From Bacillota bacterium (GTDB lineage Bacteria > Bacillota > Ch66 > Ch109), in contig JBMNLH010000001.1 of assembly GCA_050952625.1 (NCBI GenBank), forward strand, positions 992,001 through 1,056,000: a DNA stretch of 64,000 nt. Reading direction: 5' to 3'. Every line of letters begins with the position of its first letter. The stretch's first letter is position 1. A model generated the notes under the pieces. The model made no database searches. It had not been told where the DNA came from and saw nothing but the letters and a program-made list of their open reading frames with translations. This document shows, one piece after another, positions 30,586-41,080 of the stretch. The translations under genes were made by a program, and so were the position numbers.

Positions 30586-31971
30586 ATGGCGATAAAAAGG
30601 TGGATCGGCACCAAAAAACCCCGTTCCATCCAATATCGCCAGATCATCGGACTGATTCTCATTACTGTTTTAGTTTTTGGGGCAAGTACCCAATTCATCG
30701 GCTTTTTTTTCTTCCCCCCTCAAGTTAAAGTCAGTGTGGGTGAGCCGTTACAGATTCCATTGTTCTTACCTCAGGTGTTAACGGACTTTTTTAGTTTGAA
30801 AATAAAATCTGTTGATGGAACTAAAGGAGTATTAATACTTGAAGGTAATGAAGTTAAACAGGGTTTTGACTTAAGAGGACTGCCAGTTGCTGAATGTCCC
30901 GGGACCGTCGATCTGGAACTGCGGCTTTTTGGCTTCATCCCTTTAAAAAAGATGGTAGTTACCGTTGCTAGTCCAGTAAAAGTAGTGCCCGGTGGTCATT
31001 CAATTGGCGTGTTTCTGAGACAGGGTGTACAAATTATCGACTTAGCACCCATTCGGGATGAGACCGGTCAGGAACACTGCCCAGGAAAAAATGCTGGTCT
31101 TCAAACTGGTGATGTACTTCTGAGTGTTAATAATGTTGCAATTATGGATGAACTTGACCTTGCCCGGGCGGTGAATCAGGCGGGTCAGGAAGGAAAAGCA
31201 GTTAAGCTGTTGATTGAAAGAGGAAGCGAACAATCGGAACTGGCAATTGAACCAATTTTTTGTCTTGATACAAAACGTTATCGCATTGGTCTATTAGTGA
31301 AAGATGGTTCGGCCGGTGTCGGAACCTTAACCTTTTACAATCCGGAGTCTCGGGTTTATGGTGCTCTTGGTCATGTTATTGTAGATGCCCGTTCAAACCA
31401 GGAAATAAAAATCAAAAATGGTCGGGTAGTTTCCGCTTCAGTTCGAGGAATTCAACCTGGTCGGAAGGGGCAGCCGGGAGAAAAGATCGGAGTCATAGAA
31501 AGCGAGAGTCTCTATGGGACCATTGATAAGAATAGCAAGTTTGGCATCTTTGGGATCCTCAGTAAGGATATAGCAAACTCTTTGTATCCAGAGCCAATTC
31601 CAGTTGCCTGGCAAAACCAGGTGCATAAAGGTCAAGCAGAAATGTTAACAGTGATTAACGGTAAAGAAATCGAATCTTTTACCGTTGAGGTTGAAAAGAT
31701 TTTGACTAACCAATCTAACGGTAAAGGAATGGTGATTAGAGTAGTTGATCCCCGTCTTTTAGAATTAACGGGTGGGATAATTCAGGGAATGAGTGGAAGC
31801 CCTTTGATTCAAGATGGTCGATTAATCGGGGCCGTCACCCATGTTTTTGTTAATGACCCAGCGCGTGGCTATGCTTTACTAGCGGAGTACATGTTGACAG
31901 AAACATTACAAATCCCCCAGAAGATATCGTCGGTCAGGAATTTTTACCTGACCGATTTTTTCTTTATTTAG
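30586..31971 (+). CDS. spoIVB: SpoIVB signalling peptidase (S55)
   Basis: PGGHSIG, PDZ domain, AGVGTLTF, ALGH, GGIIQGMSGSP, AVTHVFVNDP. Confidence 0.96.
   Translation: MAIKRWIGTKKPRSIQYRQIIGLILITVLVFGASTQFIGFFFFPPQVKVSVGEPLQIPLFLPQVLTDFFSLKIKSVDGTKGVLILEGNEVKQGFDLRGLPVAECPGTVDLELRLFGFIPLKKMVVTVASPVKVVPGGHSIGVFLRQGVQIIDLAPIRDETGQEHCPGKNAGLQTGDVLLSVNNVAIMDELDLARAVNQAGQEGKAVKLLIERGSEQSELAIEPIFCLDTKRYRIGLLVKDGSAGVGTLTFYNPESRVYGALGHVIVDARSNQEIKIKNGRVVSASVRGIQPGRKGQPGEKIGVIESESLYGTIDKNSKFGIFGILSKDIANSLYPEPIPVAWQNQVHKGQAEMLTVINGKEIESFTVEVEKILTNQSNGKGMVIRVVDPRLLELTGGIIQGMSGSPLIQDGRLIGAVTHVFVNDPARGYALLAEYMLTETLQIPQKISSVRNFYLTDFFFI
31930..31961 (+). terminator. Intrinsic terminator overlapping the 3' end of spoIVB
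   Basis: TCGGTCAGG-aattttta-CCTGACCGA followed by a T-run. Confidence 0.75.
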
Positions 31972-32099
31972 TAAAATTTAACCATATTTTTACTAATTTT
32001 TTCGTAAATATGTGCCAAGTATTGTCTTACCTTGAAATTCTGCTTGTCATATATGTCACTTTAACGTGATATAGAGAGATTTTTTCTTTACAGACCCTG

Positions 32100-32126
32100 G
32101 CAGGATATTGAGGGCTAGCGTCGAAT
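32100..32126 (+). promoter_or_regulatory. SigmaH promoter of spo0A
   Basis: GCAGGATAT...GTCGAAT fits RNAGGA-GAAT sigmaH consensus. Confidence 0.65.
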
Positions 32127-32311
32127 TGATAAGCAGAGATTTCTGAGATGTGACAGGGTAGGGAAGAATCAGTGTAACTGTTAGGTTTGTAGGAATTTTT
32201 AGAGCAAATATTACATGATTCTATTTCCTGCTAAAATTGCTAGTATACATTGTTAAATATTTATTTGATTTCTAAATTAATTGTATACTTTTGAGGAGGC
32301 GAAAACGGAAA

Positions 32312-33076
32312 ATGCCAAAAACAGTAAAAGTGGTGATAGCTGATGATAATCGTGAATTTTGTGAGATTTTAAAAGAGTATTTAGAAAGCCAGGATGATTT
32401 TGAATTAGTAGGCATGGCAAATAATGGAAATGAGGCTCTGGAAATTATTCGTGAAAAACAACCGGATATTGTGGTATTGGATATAATTATGCCTCATCTG
32501 GATGGTATTGGTGTTCTGGAAAGGTTGGCTACGGGTAATTACGGTAATCGACCAAGAATTGTGATGTTAACTGCTTTTGGACAAGAAAACATGACCCAAC
32601 GGGCAGTTGAATTAGGAGCAGACTACTATATATTAAAACCATTCGATATCGAAGTAATGGGTAATCGATTACGACAGTTAGCTGACGGCCAGTCGTCTGT
32701 TCCACCAACTCCAGTTAAAACAAGAAATTTAGATGTTGAAGTAACCAATATTATACATCAAATGGGAGTTCCGGCGCACATTAAAGGCTACCAATATCTG
32801 CGGGATGCGATTATCTTGGTTATTGGAGAAATTAATCTATTAGGAGCGGTAACTAAAGAATTATACCCAATGATTGCCCAAAAATATGGCACCACGCCTA
32901 GTCGGGTTGAACGGGCCATTCGTCATGCGATTGAATTAGCCTGGGATCGCGGTAATATTGACATGATGAATAAATTTTTTGGATATACGATTAATGTTGA
33001 ACGAGGCAAACCAACTAATTCTGAATTTATTGCCATGATTGCCGATAAACTGCGAATTGGAACTAAGCTTAATTAA
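32312..33076 (+). CDS. spo0A: Sporulation master regulator Spo0A
   Basis: [50 protein letters not shown]. Confidence 0.98.
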   Translation: MPKTVKVVIADDNREFCEILKEYLESQDDFELVGMANNGNEALEIIREKQPDIVVLDIIMPHLDGIGVLERLATGNYGNRPRIVMLTAFGQENMTQRAVELGADYYILKPFDIEVMGNRLRQLADGQSSVPPTPVKTRNLDVEVTNIIHQMGVPAHIKGYQYLRDAIILVIGEINLLGAVTKELYPMIAQKYGTTPSRVERAIRHAIELAWDRGNIDMMNKFFGYTINVERGKPTNSEFIAMIADKLRIGTKLN

Positions 33077-33191
33077 ACAACATTATTTATTAAGTGCCGT
33101 GCATTCACATATTTATAATAATATCCAGCCAATTAATTATACATATTTAATTTAAGTTAATTTAGGTTAAGTTAAGTAGAGTTAAGGATAT

Positions 33192-33220
33192 AAAAAGGGC
33201 TTGTACTTCACAAGCCCTTT
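33192..33220. terminator. Bidirectional terminator between spo0A and a convergent small ORF
   Basis: AAAAAGGGCTTG-tacttca-CAAGCCCTTT. Confidence 0.8.
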
Positions 33221-33227
33221 CCAGGTG

Positions 33228-33380
33228 TTACCAAGCGGGATACTTTGTCGGATCTTCATGAGCTTTTTCAGACCTAAAAATATCATTGATACGCATCAAG
33301 GAGGAATTATCACCAGGATAACCCTTATGCAGCTCTTTCCGGTTTAGAGCTTCAACCAAATTAAATTTTCCAGGATTCAT
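33228..33380 (-). CDS. Small hypothetical protein, 50 aa (below ORF-track cutoff)
   Basis: MNPGKFNLVEALNRKELHKGYPGDNSSLMRINDIFRSEKAHEDPTKYPAW*; ideal RBS AGGAGGTGA; terminator immediately downstream. Confidence 0.7.
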   Translation of the reverse strand: MNPGKFNLVEALNRKELHKGYPGDNSSLMRINDIFRSEKAHEDPTKYPAW

Positions 33381-33770
33381 TTAATATCACCTCCTAAGAT
33401 ATTTTTCGCCTCAATTTCTAACAGGATACCTTGAACATAATTCCAGAATCCAAATTAGATCGAGCTTATTTTTTAAAAACTTTCAGTAATGATAATTATA
33501 TTCTCAAAATGATTGTATTTTTATGTATTTGGAGAGACAAGTGATTGTACCATTAATAAATCGATTAATAGTAGAATACCGGATATTTTTGCACCTTTTC
33601 TATTTTTGACTTCTTAAGAATAAAAGCATAATATTCTATTAGGGACGTATATTTAACACAGGCGATAAAATATTATTAACAGAGGTGAGTATACTTTCTA
33701 TTTAAGAAGACGAGACCGAGAAGAGGATTCCTGGGATGATGAAGAAGAAGAGGATGAATAAGTAGAGTTT

Positions 33771-33798
33771 TGTACCGTGGGAAACTACGGTACATTTT
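33771..33798 (+). terminator. Intrinsic terminator
   Basis: TGTACCGTGG-gaaa-CTACGGTACA-TTTT. Confidence 0.7.
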
Positions 33799-33928
33799 AT
33801 TTAATTAAAGATACTTAATTAAAGAGAGATTGTTTATAGTAAATAACAAATACTAATAGCCAATTATTTTGCAGGAAACTGTTAACAATATTAGACAAGA
33901 AAGAGTTGAGGAGGCTTCATAAGCAATA

Positions 33929-34354
33929 ATGTCAATAAAACATAAATATAGTTTGAAAGTAAAGAACTATGATATAGATTCATATGGACATGTAAATAGT
34001 GCTAACTATTTACATTATTTAGAGGACGCTCGAACGGCTTTTTTAGAAGAAATGGGTATTTCAATTAAGGATCTGCTTATTCAAGGGATTACTATTTTCT
34101 TGGCGGATATTTCAGTCCAATTTAAAAAGCAAGCATTATTAGGCGATCAGTTAGATATTTATGGGTGGTATGAGGAGGTTAAAAGAGTTAAGCTAAGGTG
34201 GCGGCAAGAAATATTCAATAACCAAACAGGGGAATTAATTGCTGTTGCCCGGACATCCGGAGCTTTTCTGAAAGATGGTAAGATAATCCCTATTCCGTTA
34301 CCTATTCGAGAGAAGATGTTGACCTACGCAGAAAATAAGGAGACTTGTGTTTAA
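33929..34354 (+). CDS. Acyl-CoA thioesterase (4HBT/YbgC hot-dog family)
   Basis: DIDSYGHVNSANYLHYLEDAR. Confidence 0.88.
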   Translation: MSIKHKYSLKVKNYDIDSYGHVNSANYLHYLEDARTAFLEEMGISIKDLLIQGITIFLADISVQFKKQALLGDQLDIYGWYEEVKRVKLRWRQEIFNNQTGELIAVARTSGAFLKDGKIIPIPLPIREKMLTYAENKETCV

Positions 34355-34442
34355 ATCAGTCAGCAAACTAGGCTGGGAACCAACATCATCGGTTTGGAGC
34401 CGGCCTCAAACTCTGGGTTAATAATGTATATAGGTAGAAGGG

Positions 34443-35573
34443 ATGGCGAATGGAGTGGTTAACTCAAATCGGTTACTGAATGAATTTGTTAATCTGGTGA
34501 AGATTGATTCACCCTCTGGTGAAGAACGAAAACTGGCTGATTATTTAAAAAAGCACCTCACTGCCTTAAGTTTAGAGGTTATTGAAGACAATGCCGGTCA
34601 GGTTATGGGTACGGCAACCGGCAACCTGATTGCTCGGGTTCCAGGAAACCAGACCTTACCGACGATTTTTATCGGTGCCCATATGGATACGGTCCCAGGC
34701 CGGGGAATTGTCCCGGTTATCAGAGATAATGCTGTTTATTCTGATGGCAACACTATTTTAGGGGCCGATGATAAAGTAGGGATAGCAGCGATTCTAGAAG
34801 CAATACAAATAATGAAAGAAAATGACCTAGACCATGGGCCAATTGAATTGCTTTTCACAGTTGCCGAAGAAATCGGATTAAAAGGGGTCAAAAATCTTGA
34901 TTTTAGTCTGTTAAAAGCCAAGATGGGGTTTGTTTTGGACAGTGACGGAGAAATTGGTTCGATTATTATCCAAGGTCCTTGCCAAAATCAGCTTGAAGCG
35001 ACCATTATTGGCAAAGCAGCCCACGCCGGGATGAATCCCGAGGAGGGAATAAATGCGATTCAGGTGGCAGCCAGAGCGATTAATGCCATGCGTTTAGGTC
35101 GGATAGACGAGGAAACAACAGCTAATATTGGCATCATTCAGGGAGGCGAAGCTCGGAATATTGTGCCGGAAAAAGTATATCTAAAGGGTGAAACACGCAG
35201 TTTGAAACGACCTAGGCTAGAAGAAGAGACTCGATATATGCAGGATTGCCTGGAAAAAGCAGCCAAGGAGTTTGGTGCCAAAGTACAGACAGAGGTAGAA
35301 TTGCTTTACCCCGAATTCTGCCTCCAAGAATCTGACTTAGTAGTTCGCATTGCTCAAGAGGCTGCTAGCCGACTCGGACGAAAGGCCTCACTGGTGAAAA
35401 GCGGTGGAGGAAGTGATGCGAATATCTTAAATAGCCGGGGCCTGCCAACAGCTAATCTGGGAGTAGGTATGCGTCAGGTCCATACTCGGGAAGAGCATGT
35501 CTTTCTAAAGGATCTGAACTTATTGCCCTTGTATCTAGTAAAGATCTGTCAAGCAGTTTCTTGTAACAAATAA
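34443..35573 (+). CDS. M20 peptidase T-like protein (YqjE-like)
   Basis: AHMDTV, LGADDK, AEEIG, GGGSDAN, VHT. Confidence 0.9.
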   Translation: MANGVVNSNRLLNEFVNLVKIDSPSGEERKLADYLKKHLTALSLEVIEDNAGQVMGTATGNLIARVPGNQTLPTIFIGAHMDTVPGRGIVPVIRDNAVYSDGNTILGADDKVGIAAILEAIQIMKENDLDHGPIELLFTVAEEIGLKGVKNLDFSLLKAKMGFVLDSDGEIGSIIIQGPCQNQLEATIIGKAAHAGMNPEEGINAIQVAARAINAMRLGRIDEETTANIGIIQGGEARNIVPEKVYLKGETRSLKRPRLEEETRYMQDCLEKAAKEFGAKVQTEVELLYPEFCLQESDLVVRIAQEAASRLGRKASLVKSGGGSDANILNSRGLPTANLGVGMRQVHTREEHVFLKDLNLLPLYLVKICQAVSCNK

Positions 35574-35585
35574 AGCAAGTAGTTT

Positions 35586-35690
35586 TAAACTGAATCAGAC
35601 AACTCCGACTTCTGTAGGGGTTAACTTGTTTAAGAGCAGCGTCTCCATCTGGAGCCTCAATGTTCAGCGAAGCTGAATGAGAACATCATG
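35586..35690 (+). repeat. Probable degenerate MITE-like clostridial repeat
   Basis: AATCAGACAACTCCGACTTCT...CTCCATCTGGAG..ATGTTCAGCGAAGCTGAATGAG with nested small hairpins; resembles, from memory, dispersed clostridial repeats; single copy in this window. Confidence 0.35.
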
Positions 35691-35980
35691 AGTTAGTTTA
35701 AAGAAACCCTGATTAGATCGGATAACAACGTATAAGTCCTGGCTAATTCCCGGATTTCAGCAGTTACCTCACGCACTGAGCCCCTCCAGATGACTGAATT
35801 TCGACCAGTAATCATCAGCATTGATTAATCACCATCCTTATTGGTTGGATTATTAGCAGTATTCTTTGGTATTATTAACCATCTAGACCTATTTTATTTT
35901 ATTAGCTGCGGTTTTATGCCTTTCAAGATCACTTGATTAGCTTTTGCACATTATATTTAGGCGAATTGGAGGCAAATGAA

Positions 35981-36508
35981 TTGAATCTAGCTGAGAAAAC
36001 CTTAAGTTCAGAGTATGTTTATCAAGGGAGGATGATCAATCTCCGAGTTGATCAAGTTGAGTTGCCTGATGGTAAGTCGGCCCAAAGAGAAATTGTTGAG
36101 CATCCGGGAGCAGTTGCCGTTGTTGCTTTAACTAACAATCGAGAATTAGTTATGGTTAGACAGTATCGTAAACCAATAGATAAAGTGATTCTCGAAATAC
36201 CGGCTGGCAAATTAAATCATAACGAGGATCCTGAAATATGTGCTCAGCGTGAATTATTGGAAGAAACCGGGTATCAGGCGGGTCAATTGTCTTTAATCGC
36301 TCGGTACTATACCACGCCCGGATTCAGTGATGAAGTGATGTACCTTTACCTGGCGAGGAAATTAATCGAATTGGAACAATCCCCAGATGAAGATGAATTT
36401 ATTGAAATGACTCGAGTACCTTTAGCAACAGCTCAACAGATGGTTTTAACAGGAGAGATTCAGGATGCTAAGACGATTATTGGGATTTTAGCTTTGAATA
36501 GCTTTTGA
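35981..36508 (+). CDS. nudF: ADP-ribose pyrophosphatase (Nudix)
   Basis: REIVEHPGAVAV, Nudix box PAGKL..EDPEICAQRELLEETG; TTG start after GGAGG. Confidence 0.93.
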   Translation: MNLAEKTLSSEYVYQGRMINLRVDQVELPDGKSAQREIVEHPGAVAVVALTNNRELVMVRQYRKPIDKVILEIPAGKLNHNEDPEICAQRELLEETGYQAGQLSLIARYYTTPGFSDEVMYLYLARKLIELEQSPDEDEFIEMTRVPLATAQQMVLTGEIQDAKTIIGILALNSF

Positions 36509-36609
36509 CTTAATGGTTACTATCATTGATTTTTCCTTATTATTGACGAGTTGCTTAGCAGCATAAAAGTCTCTAGATTGTACCCAGCAAAATTACCAAA
36601 TAAGGTTAA

Positions 36610-36638
36610 GAATAAAAAATTTTTTCTCGCATACTATT
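36610..36638 (+). promoter_or_regulatory. Putative sigmaE promoter of spoIIM
   Basis: GAATA-N15-CATACTAT. Confidence 0.5.
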
Positions 36639-36671
36639 TTATAGAATTAGAAGGAGCGAGGAGAGGGGGCC

Positions 36672-37301
36672 ATGACTAAACTAAGTGAAGTAGTCAAAGG
36701 GTTCCTACGAGAGCATTTCCAGCTGGCAGTGTTGGTCCTGCTCTTTTTTATTGTCGGATCTATTCTTGGCGGAATAAGTGTTACTCATTTACATCAGGAA
36801 CAACAAACCGCCTTAAAAAACTATCTTGACCAGAATTTCCAACTTTTAGCTGACCAGCCGGTTAACCGGATTACCGTTGTGGGGCAAACTGTTCTAGGCA
36901 ACCTTAAAATAGGAATTAGCCTATGGTTCTTAGGTTTGACAGTAATTGGACTTCCCCTAATCGGGCTAATTATCCTTGTTCGTGGCTTTATCCTTGGCTT
37001 TACCACTGGTTTTTTAATTCAACAAAAAAGTCTCCAGGGAGCGGTTTTAATCATTTTAGGCATTATCCCGCAAAACCTTATTTATATTCCTTTTTTATTA
37101 CTTGGCGGAGTTCTGTCTATATCTTTTTCTCTGTACTTAATTCGGGGAAGGATTTCGGTTGCCCGGACCATGTGGACTAGATTCTTTAGTTACTCGTTGT
37201 CAATGTTCTTAATTATTATCGGCTTGATCATCGCCGGATTAATTGAAGGTCTGGTCGCGCCAGCTTTTTTACGGTTATTAATTCCAGTAATCAGTTCTTG
37301 A
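36672..37301 (+). CDS. spoIIM: Stage II sporulation protein M
   Basis: WFLGLTVIGLP..RGFILGFT, IPQNL; nudF-spoIIM-xerD synteny. Confidence 0.93.
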   Translation: MTKLSEVVKGFLREHFQLAVLVLLFFIVGSILGGISVTHLHQEQQTALKNYLDQNFQLLADQPVNRITVVGQTVLGNLKIGISLWFLGLTVIGLPLIGLIILVRGFILGFTTGFLIQQKSLQGAVLIILGIIPQNLIYIPFLLLGGVLSISFSLYLIRGRISVARTMWTRFFSYSLSMFLIIIGLIIAGLIEGLVAPAFLRLLIPVISS

Positions 37302-37382
37302 TATTATTAGGGTTTTTGTGAGCAGGATTTTTATGGATTGCATAGAAGTAGTCAGAGGGAAAGCAGACGGGGGTGCGGCGTT

Positions 37383-38270
37383 ATGCATAAAACGATGGAG
37401 AACTTTATTCATTACCTGGCAGTGGAACGAGGACTCTCGCCCAACACCTTGGATTCATACCAGCAGGATCTTCAGCAGTTTTATAAATATCTTCAGGGTG
37501 TAAAAGTCGATTCGTGGCAAGAGGTTTCCCAGGGAGATATTTTAGGTTACGTTTACTCCTTGCAAAAAAAAGGACGAGCCTCGACAACCATCTCCCGTCA
37601 TTTGGCAGCTTTAAAATCTTTTTATCATTTTTTGTTTTCCGAGGGAGAGGTCGCCAAAAATCCAACAAAGACTCTAGAGTTACCTCGTTTACATAAAAAA
37701 TTGCCTCAGGTCCTATCGGTTTCAGAGGTTGACCTTCTTTTAAGTCAGCCAAAACTGGATAACCCAGCTGGAATAAGAGACAAAGCCATGTTAGAATTAC
37801 TGTATGCTACTGGCCTTCGAGTGTCGGAGATGGTTTCTTTAAAATTGGAGGATATTAACCTGGCCGGAGGTTACCTAAGATGTTTTGGCAAAGGGTCTAA
37901 AGAGAGGATTGTTCCGCTGGGGAAAGTGGCCAGGTATTGTCTTGAAGAATACCTGGTAAAATCGCGAGGAAAACTAACTCAAGGCCGTTCAGAACAAAGC
38001 CTTTTTGTCAACTATCATGGGAAGACAATGACCCGTCAAGGATTTTGGAAGATTGTGAAACAGTATGCTAAACGAGCCCGGATTGAAAAACCGATTACTC
38101 CACACATCTTAAGGCATTCATTTGCGACCCACTTATTAGAAAATGGAGCTGATCTCCGTTCTGTTCAAGAAATGCTGGGGCATGCCGATATCGCGACCAC
38201 GCAGATCTATACCCACCTGACAAAAAGTCGTTTAAAGCAAGTTTACGATAGCACCCATCCTCGGGCCTGA
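37383..38270 (+). CDS. xerD: Site-specific tyrosine recombinase XerD
   Basis: ELLYATGLRVSE, GKGSKER, HILRHSFATHLL, LGHADIATTQIYTH, HPRA terminus. Confidence 0.96.
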   Translation: MHKTMENFIHYLAVERGLSPNTLDSYQQDLQQFYKYLQGVKVDSWQEVSQGDILGYVYSLQKKGRASTTISRHLAALKSFYHFLFSEGEVAKNPTKTLELPRLHKKLPQVLSVSEVDLLLSQPKLDNPAGIRDKAMLELLYATGLRVSEMVSLKLEDINLAGGYLRCFGKGSKERIVPLGKVARYCLEEYLVKSRGKLTQGRSEQSLFVNYHGKTMTRQGFWKIVKQYAKRARIEKPITPHILRHSFATHLLENGADLRSVQEMLGHADIATTQIYTHLTKSRLKQVYDSTHPRA

Positions 38271-38407
38271 AGTTATATTCAATAGCAGGGAAACTTGAAC
38301 GAGCCGGTCGTCTTCTATCCGCGTTTGATCATACTTATCAAGTTATTCAGTGTTCGTAACCTATTCTACGTCTTGCGTTTAACCTTTTATGTATCTCAAT
38401 TAAGGAA

Positions 38408-39604
38408 GTGAAACTATTGATACAACGTGTTCTACTAATTGTTTTGGATGGACTGGGGATTGGAGCTTTGCCGGATGCGGACCTATATGGAGACGTTGGA
38501 AGCAATACCCTGGGAAATTTAGCTAGGCAATATGGCAGATTATCTTTACCTAATCTGGAAAAGATGGGTTTGGGAAATATCATCCCCGTTCAGGGAGTAG
38601 GCCCGGTCCAGGCACCAACTGCCGCTTATGGGCGATTAGCCGAACAATCTCCGGGCAAAGATACAACTACCGGCCATTGGGAATTGGCTGGTATTATTCT
38701 TTCTGAACCATTTCCGGTTTTTCCCAAGGGATTTCCCGCAGATTTGATTCAGCAATTTGAGAAAAAAATCGGGCGAAAAACTCTCGGTAATGTGGTGGCC
38801 TCCGGCACAGAAATTATCAAACAACTGGGCCCGCTGCACCAAGAAACTGGCTATCCGATTGTTTATACCTCAGCGGACAGTGTCTTTCAGATTGCGGCTC
38901 ATGAGCAAGTTATCCCGGTACCGGAATTATACCGAATGTGCGAAATTGCTCGGGACATGTTGACCGGGCCTTATGGTGTCGGGCGGGTGATCGCCCGACC
39001 CTTTGAGGGAAAACCCGGTAATTATCAGCGGACCGTCCGGCGTCATGACTATTCGATTAAGCCAATTGGTCCAACGGTTCTTGATCAAATTAAGAATGCC
39101 GGGCAGCAGGTTATTGGGGTGGGTAAAATTTATGATATTTTTGCTGGCCAAGGAATCACCCAAACCTTCCCGACTGGGAATAACCTCGAAGGGATTAATC
39201 GAATCCTGAGTTTGCAAGAAAATTGCGAATGGCGAGGACTCTTATGGGCCAATCTGGTTGATTTTGATATGCTCTGGGGACATCGAAATGACGTTGATGG
39301 GTATGCCCAAGGTTTAGCGGAGTTTGACCGGTTTTTACCTTCAATTATTCAGGCTTTGAGGGAAGAAGATGTTTTGCTGATTACGGCTGACCATGGATGT
39401 GATCCAACTACCGCCAGCACCGATCATTCTCGGGAATATGTCCCTTTGTTAATATATGGAAAACTGATTCGAGCCGGTCAAAACTTGGGTACCCGACCTA
39501 CCTTTGCTGACGTGGGAGCCACAGTGGCCGAACTGCTCGGTCTGGAACCTTTGCCCACCGGCACTAGTCTGGCCAAAATAATAATAAACTCTAGGGTCAG
39601 TTAA
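38408..39604 (+). CDS. deoB: Phosphopentomutase
   Basis: [46 protein letters not shown]. Confidence 0.97.
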   Translation: MKLLIQRVLLIVLDGLGIGALPDADLYGDVGSNTLGNLARQYGRLSLPNLEKMGLGNIIPVQGVGPVQAPTAAYGRLAEQSPGKDTTTGHWELAGIILSEPFPVFPKGFPADLIQQFEKKIGRKTLGNVVASGTEIIKQLGPLHQETGYPIVYTSADSVFQIAAHEQVIPVPELYRMCEIARDMLTGPYGVGRVIARPFEGKPGNYQRTVRRHDYSIKPIGPTVLDQIKNAGQQVIGVGKIYDIFAGQGITQTFPTGNNLEGINRILSLQENCEWRGLLWANLVDFDMLWGHRNDVDGYAQGLAEFDRFLPSIIQALREEDVLLITADHGCDPTTASTDHSREYVPLLIYGKLIRAGQNLGTRPTFADVGATVAELLGLEPLPTGTSLAKIIINSRVS

Positions 39605-39684
39605 CTGACTGCCCGTTGGTCATAGGAATCTGCGGTGAGCAGTGTTAGAGAATAATGAGAACGCTATAGGGGGCAAAACGGGAA

Positions 39685-41013
39685 ATGCGCGTCTATGATA
39701 TCATTTGTCGAAAAAAAGAAGGAAAAGCACTAACCTTGCCAGAAATGGAATTTTTAATAAATGGCTATGTCCAAAATCGCGTGCCCGATTATCAAATTGC
39801 GGCTTGGGCAATGGCTGTATATTTCCAGGGAATGACCGCTGAAGAAATAGTCAATCTCACTCGGACGATGGTGGCTTCTGGAGAGATGATTGATCTGTCT
39901 TCGATTCCGGGAGTCAAGCTGGACAAGCACAGTACCGGAGGGGTTGGGGACACAACAACCCTGGTGTTGGCTCCCCTGATTGCCGCGGCTGGCGGACGGA
40001 TGGCTAAAATGTCTGGTCGAGGGCTGGGGCATACTGGCGGGACCCTGGATAAATTTGAGGCCATCCCCGGTTTTCAGGTAGAATTGACTCAACCTGAGTT
40101 TATAGAGATTGTGGGACGGGTCGGTGCCGCCGTAGTTGGACAGACTGGGAATCTGGTGCCGGCTGATAAAAAACTATATGCGCTGCGGGATGTTACGGCG
40201 ACCGTGGATAGTATCCCGTTAATCGCTAGTAGTGTAATGAGTAAAAAAATTGCGGCCGGGGCCGAGGCCATCGTCTTGGATGTTAAGGCCGGCCATGGAG
40301 CTTTAGTTAAAGAAATTGATGAGGCATTTGTTCTGGCCCGGACCCTGGTGGAAATCGGGGATCAGATGAATCGTGAGACGGTAGCCATTGTCACGGGTAT
40401 GGATCAACCGCTTGGCTTTGCGGTCGGTAATGCCCTGGAAGTTATCGAAGCAGTTGAAACCCTGCAAGGCAATGGACCACCTGATCTGCGGGAAATTTGC
40501 CTGGTCTTAGGAGCCCACCTGTTGGTTATCGGTAAGGTTGTCCAAACCTTGAACGAGGGAAGATCCCGGTGCGAAGAAGTCTTGCGTTCCGGGAGGGCTT
40601 TAACCAAACTCGAAGAGATGGTTAAGGCCCAGAAGGGAGATCCAGCTTCTCTGCGAGACTGGTGTCGTCTTCCTCAGGCGCAAACGACTGTGGAAGTATC
40701 TAGCTCAATGACCGGATTTGTCCACCGGATTCTCGCTGAAGAGATTGGGATAGCCGCAACCTTGCTTGGAGCCGGACGAGAAACTAAAGAATCTCGGATT
40801 GACCCGGCTGTCGGGATTGTTCTAAAAAAGAAGATCGGCGATCCGGTAGAGGCTGGCGAGCCATTAGCCCTGCTGCATATCAACGATTCTACGCGGCTGG
40901 AAATTGTAAGCCGGAAAGTTAAGAACGCCTTTCAAATAAGCGAGGAACAAGTAACCGCCCCACCCCTGATTTACGGAATAGTCACTAGTAAAGGTGAAGA
41001 ACGATATCTTTAA
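39685..41013 (+). CDS. pdp: Pyrimidine-nucleoside phosphorylase
   Basis: DKHSTGGVGD, KMSGRGLGHTGGTLDK, LRDVTATV. Confidence 0.96.
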   Translation: MRVYDIICRKKEGKALTLPEMEFLINGYVQNRVPDYQIAAWAMAVYFQGMTAEEIVNLTRTMVASGEMIDLSSIPGVKLDKHSTGGVGDTTTLVLAPLIAAAGGRMAKMSGRGLGHTGGTLDKFEAIPGFQVELTQPEFIEIVGRVGAAVVGQTGNLVPADKKLYALRDVTATVDSIPLIASSVMSKKIAAGAEAIVLDVKAGHGALVKEIDEAFVLARTLVEIGDQMNRETVAIVTGMDQPLGFAVGNALEVIEAVETLQGNGPPDLREICLVLGAHLLVIGKVVQTLNEGRSRCEEVLRSGRALTKLEEMVKAQKGDPASLRDWCRLPQAQTTVEVSSSMTGFVHRILAEEIGIAATLLGAGRETKESRIDPAVGIVLKKKIGDPVEAGEPLALLHINDSTRLEIVSRKVKNAFQISEEQVTAPPLIYGIVTSKGEERYL

Positions 41014-41080
41014 ACGGTCCGGGGTATAGATAATAAGGAATTATGCCAAAATAAGGCCAGAACTGAAAGGAGGAAAAAGT

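Noticed and set aside
37383-38270. Tyrosine recombinase as a prophage or island integrase
   Set aside because: Housekeeping XerD in conserved spoIIM-xerD-deoB synteny; no att sites or cargo.
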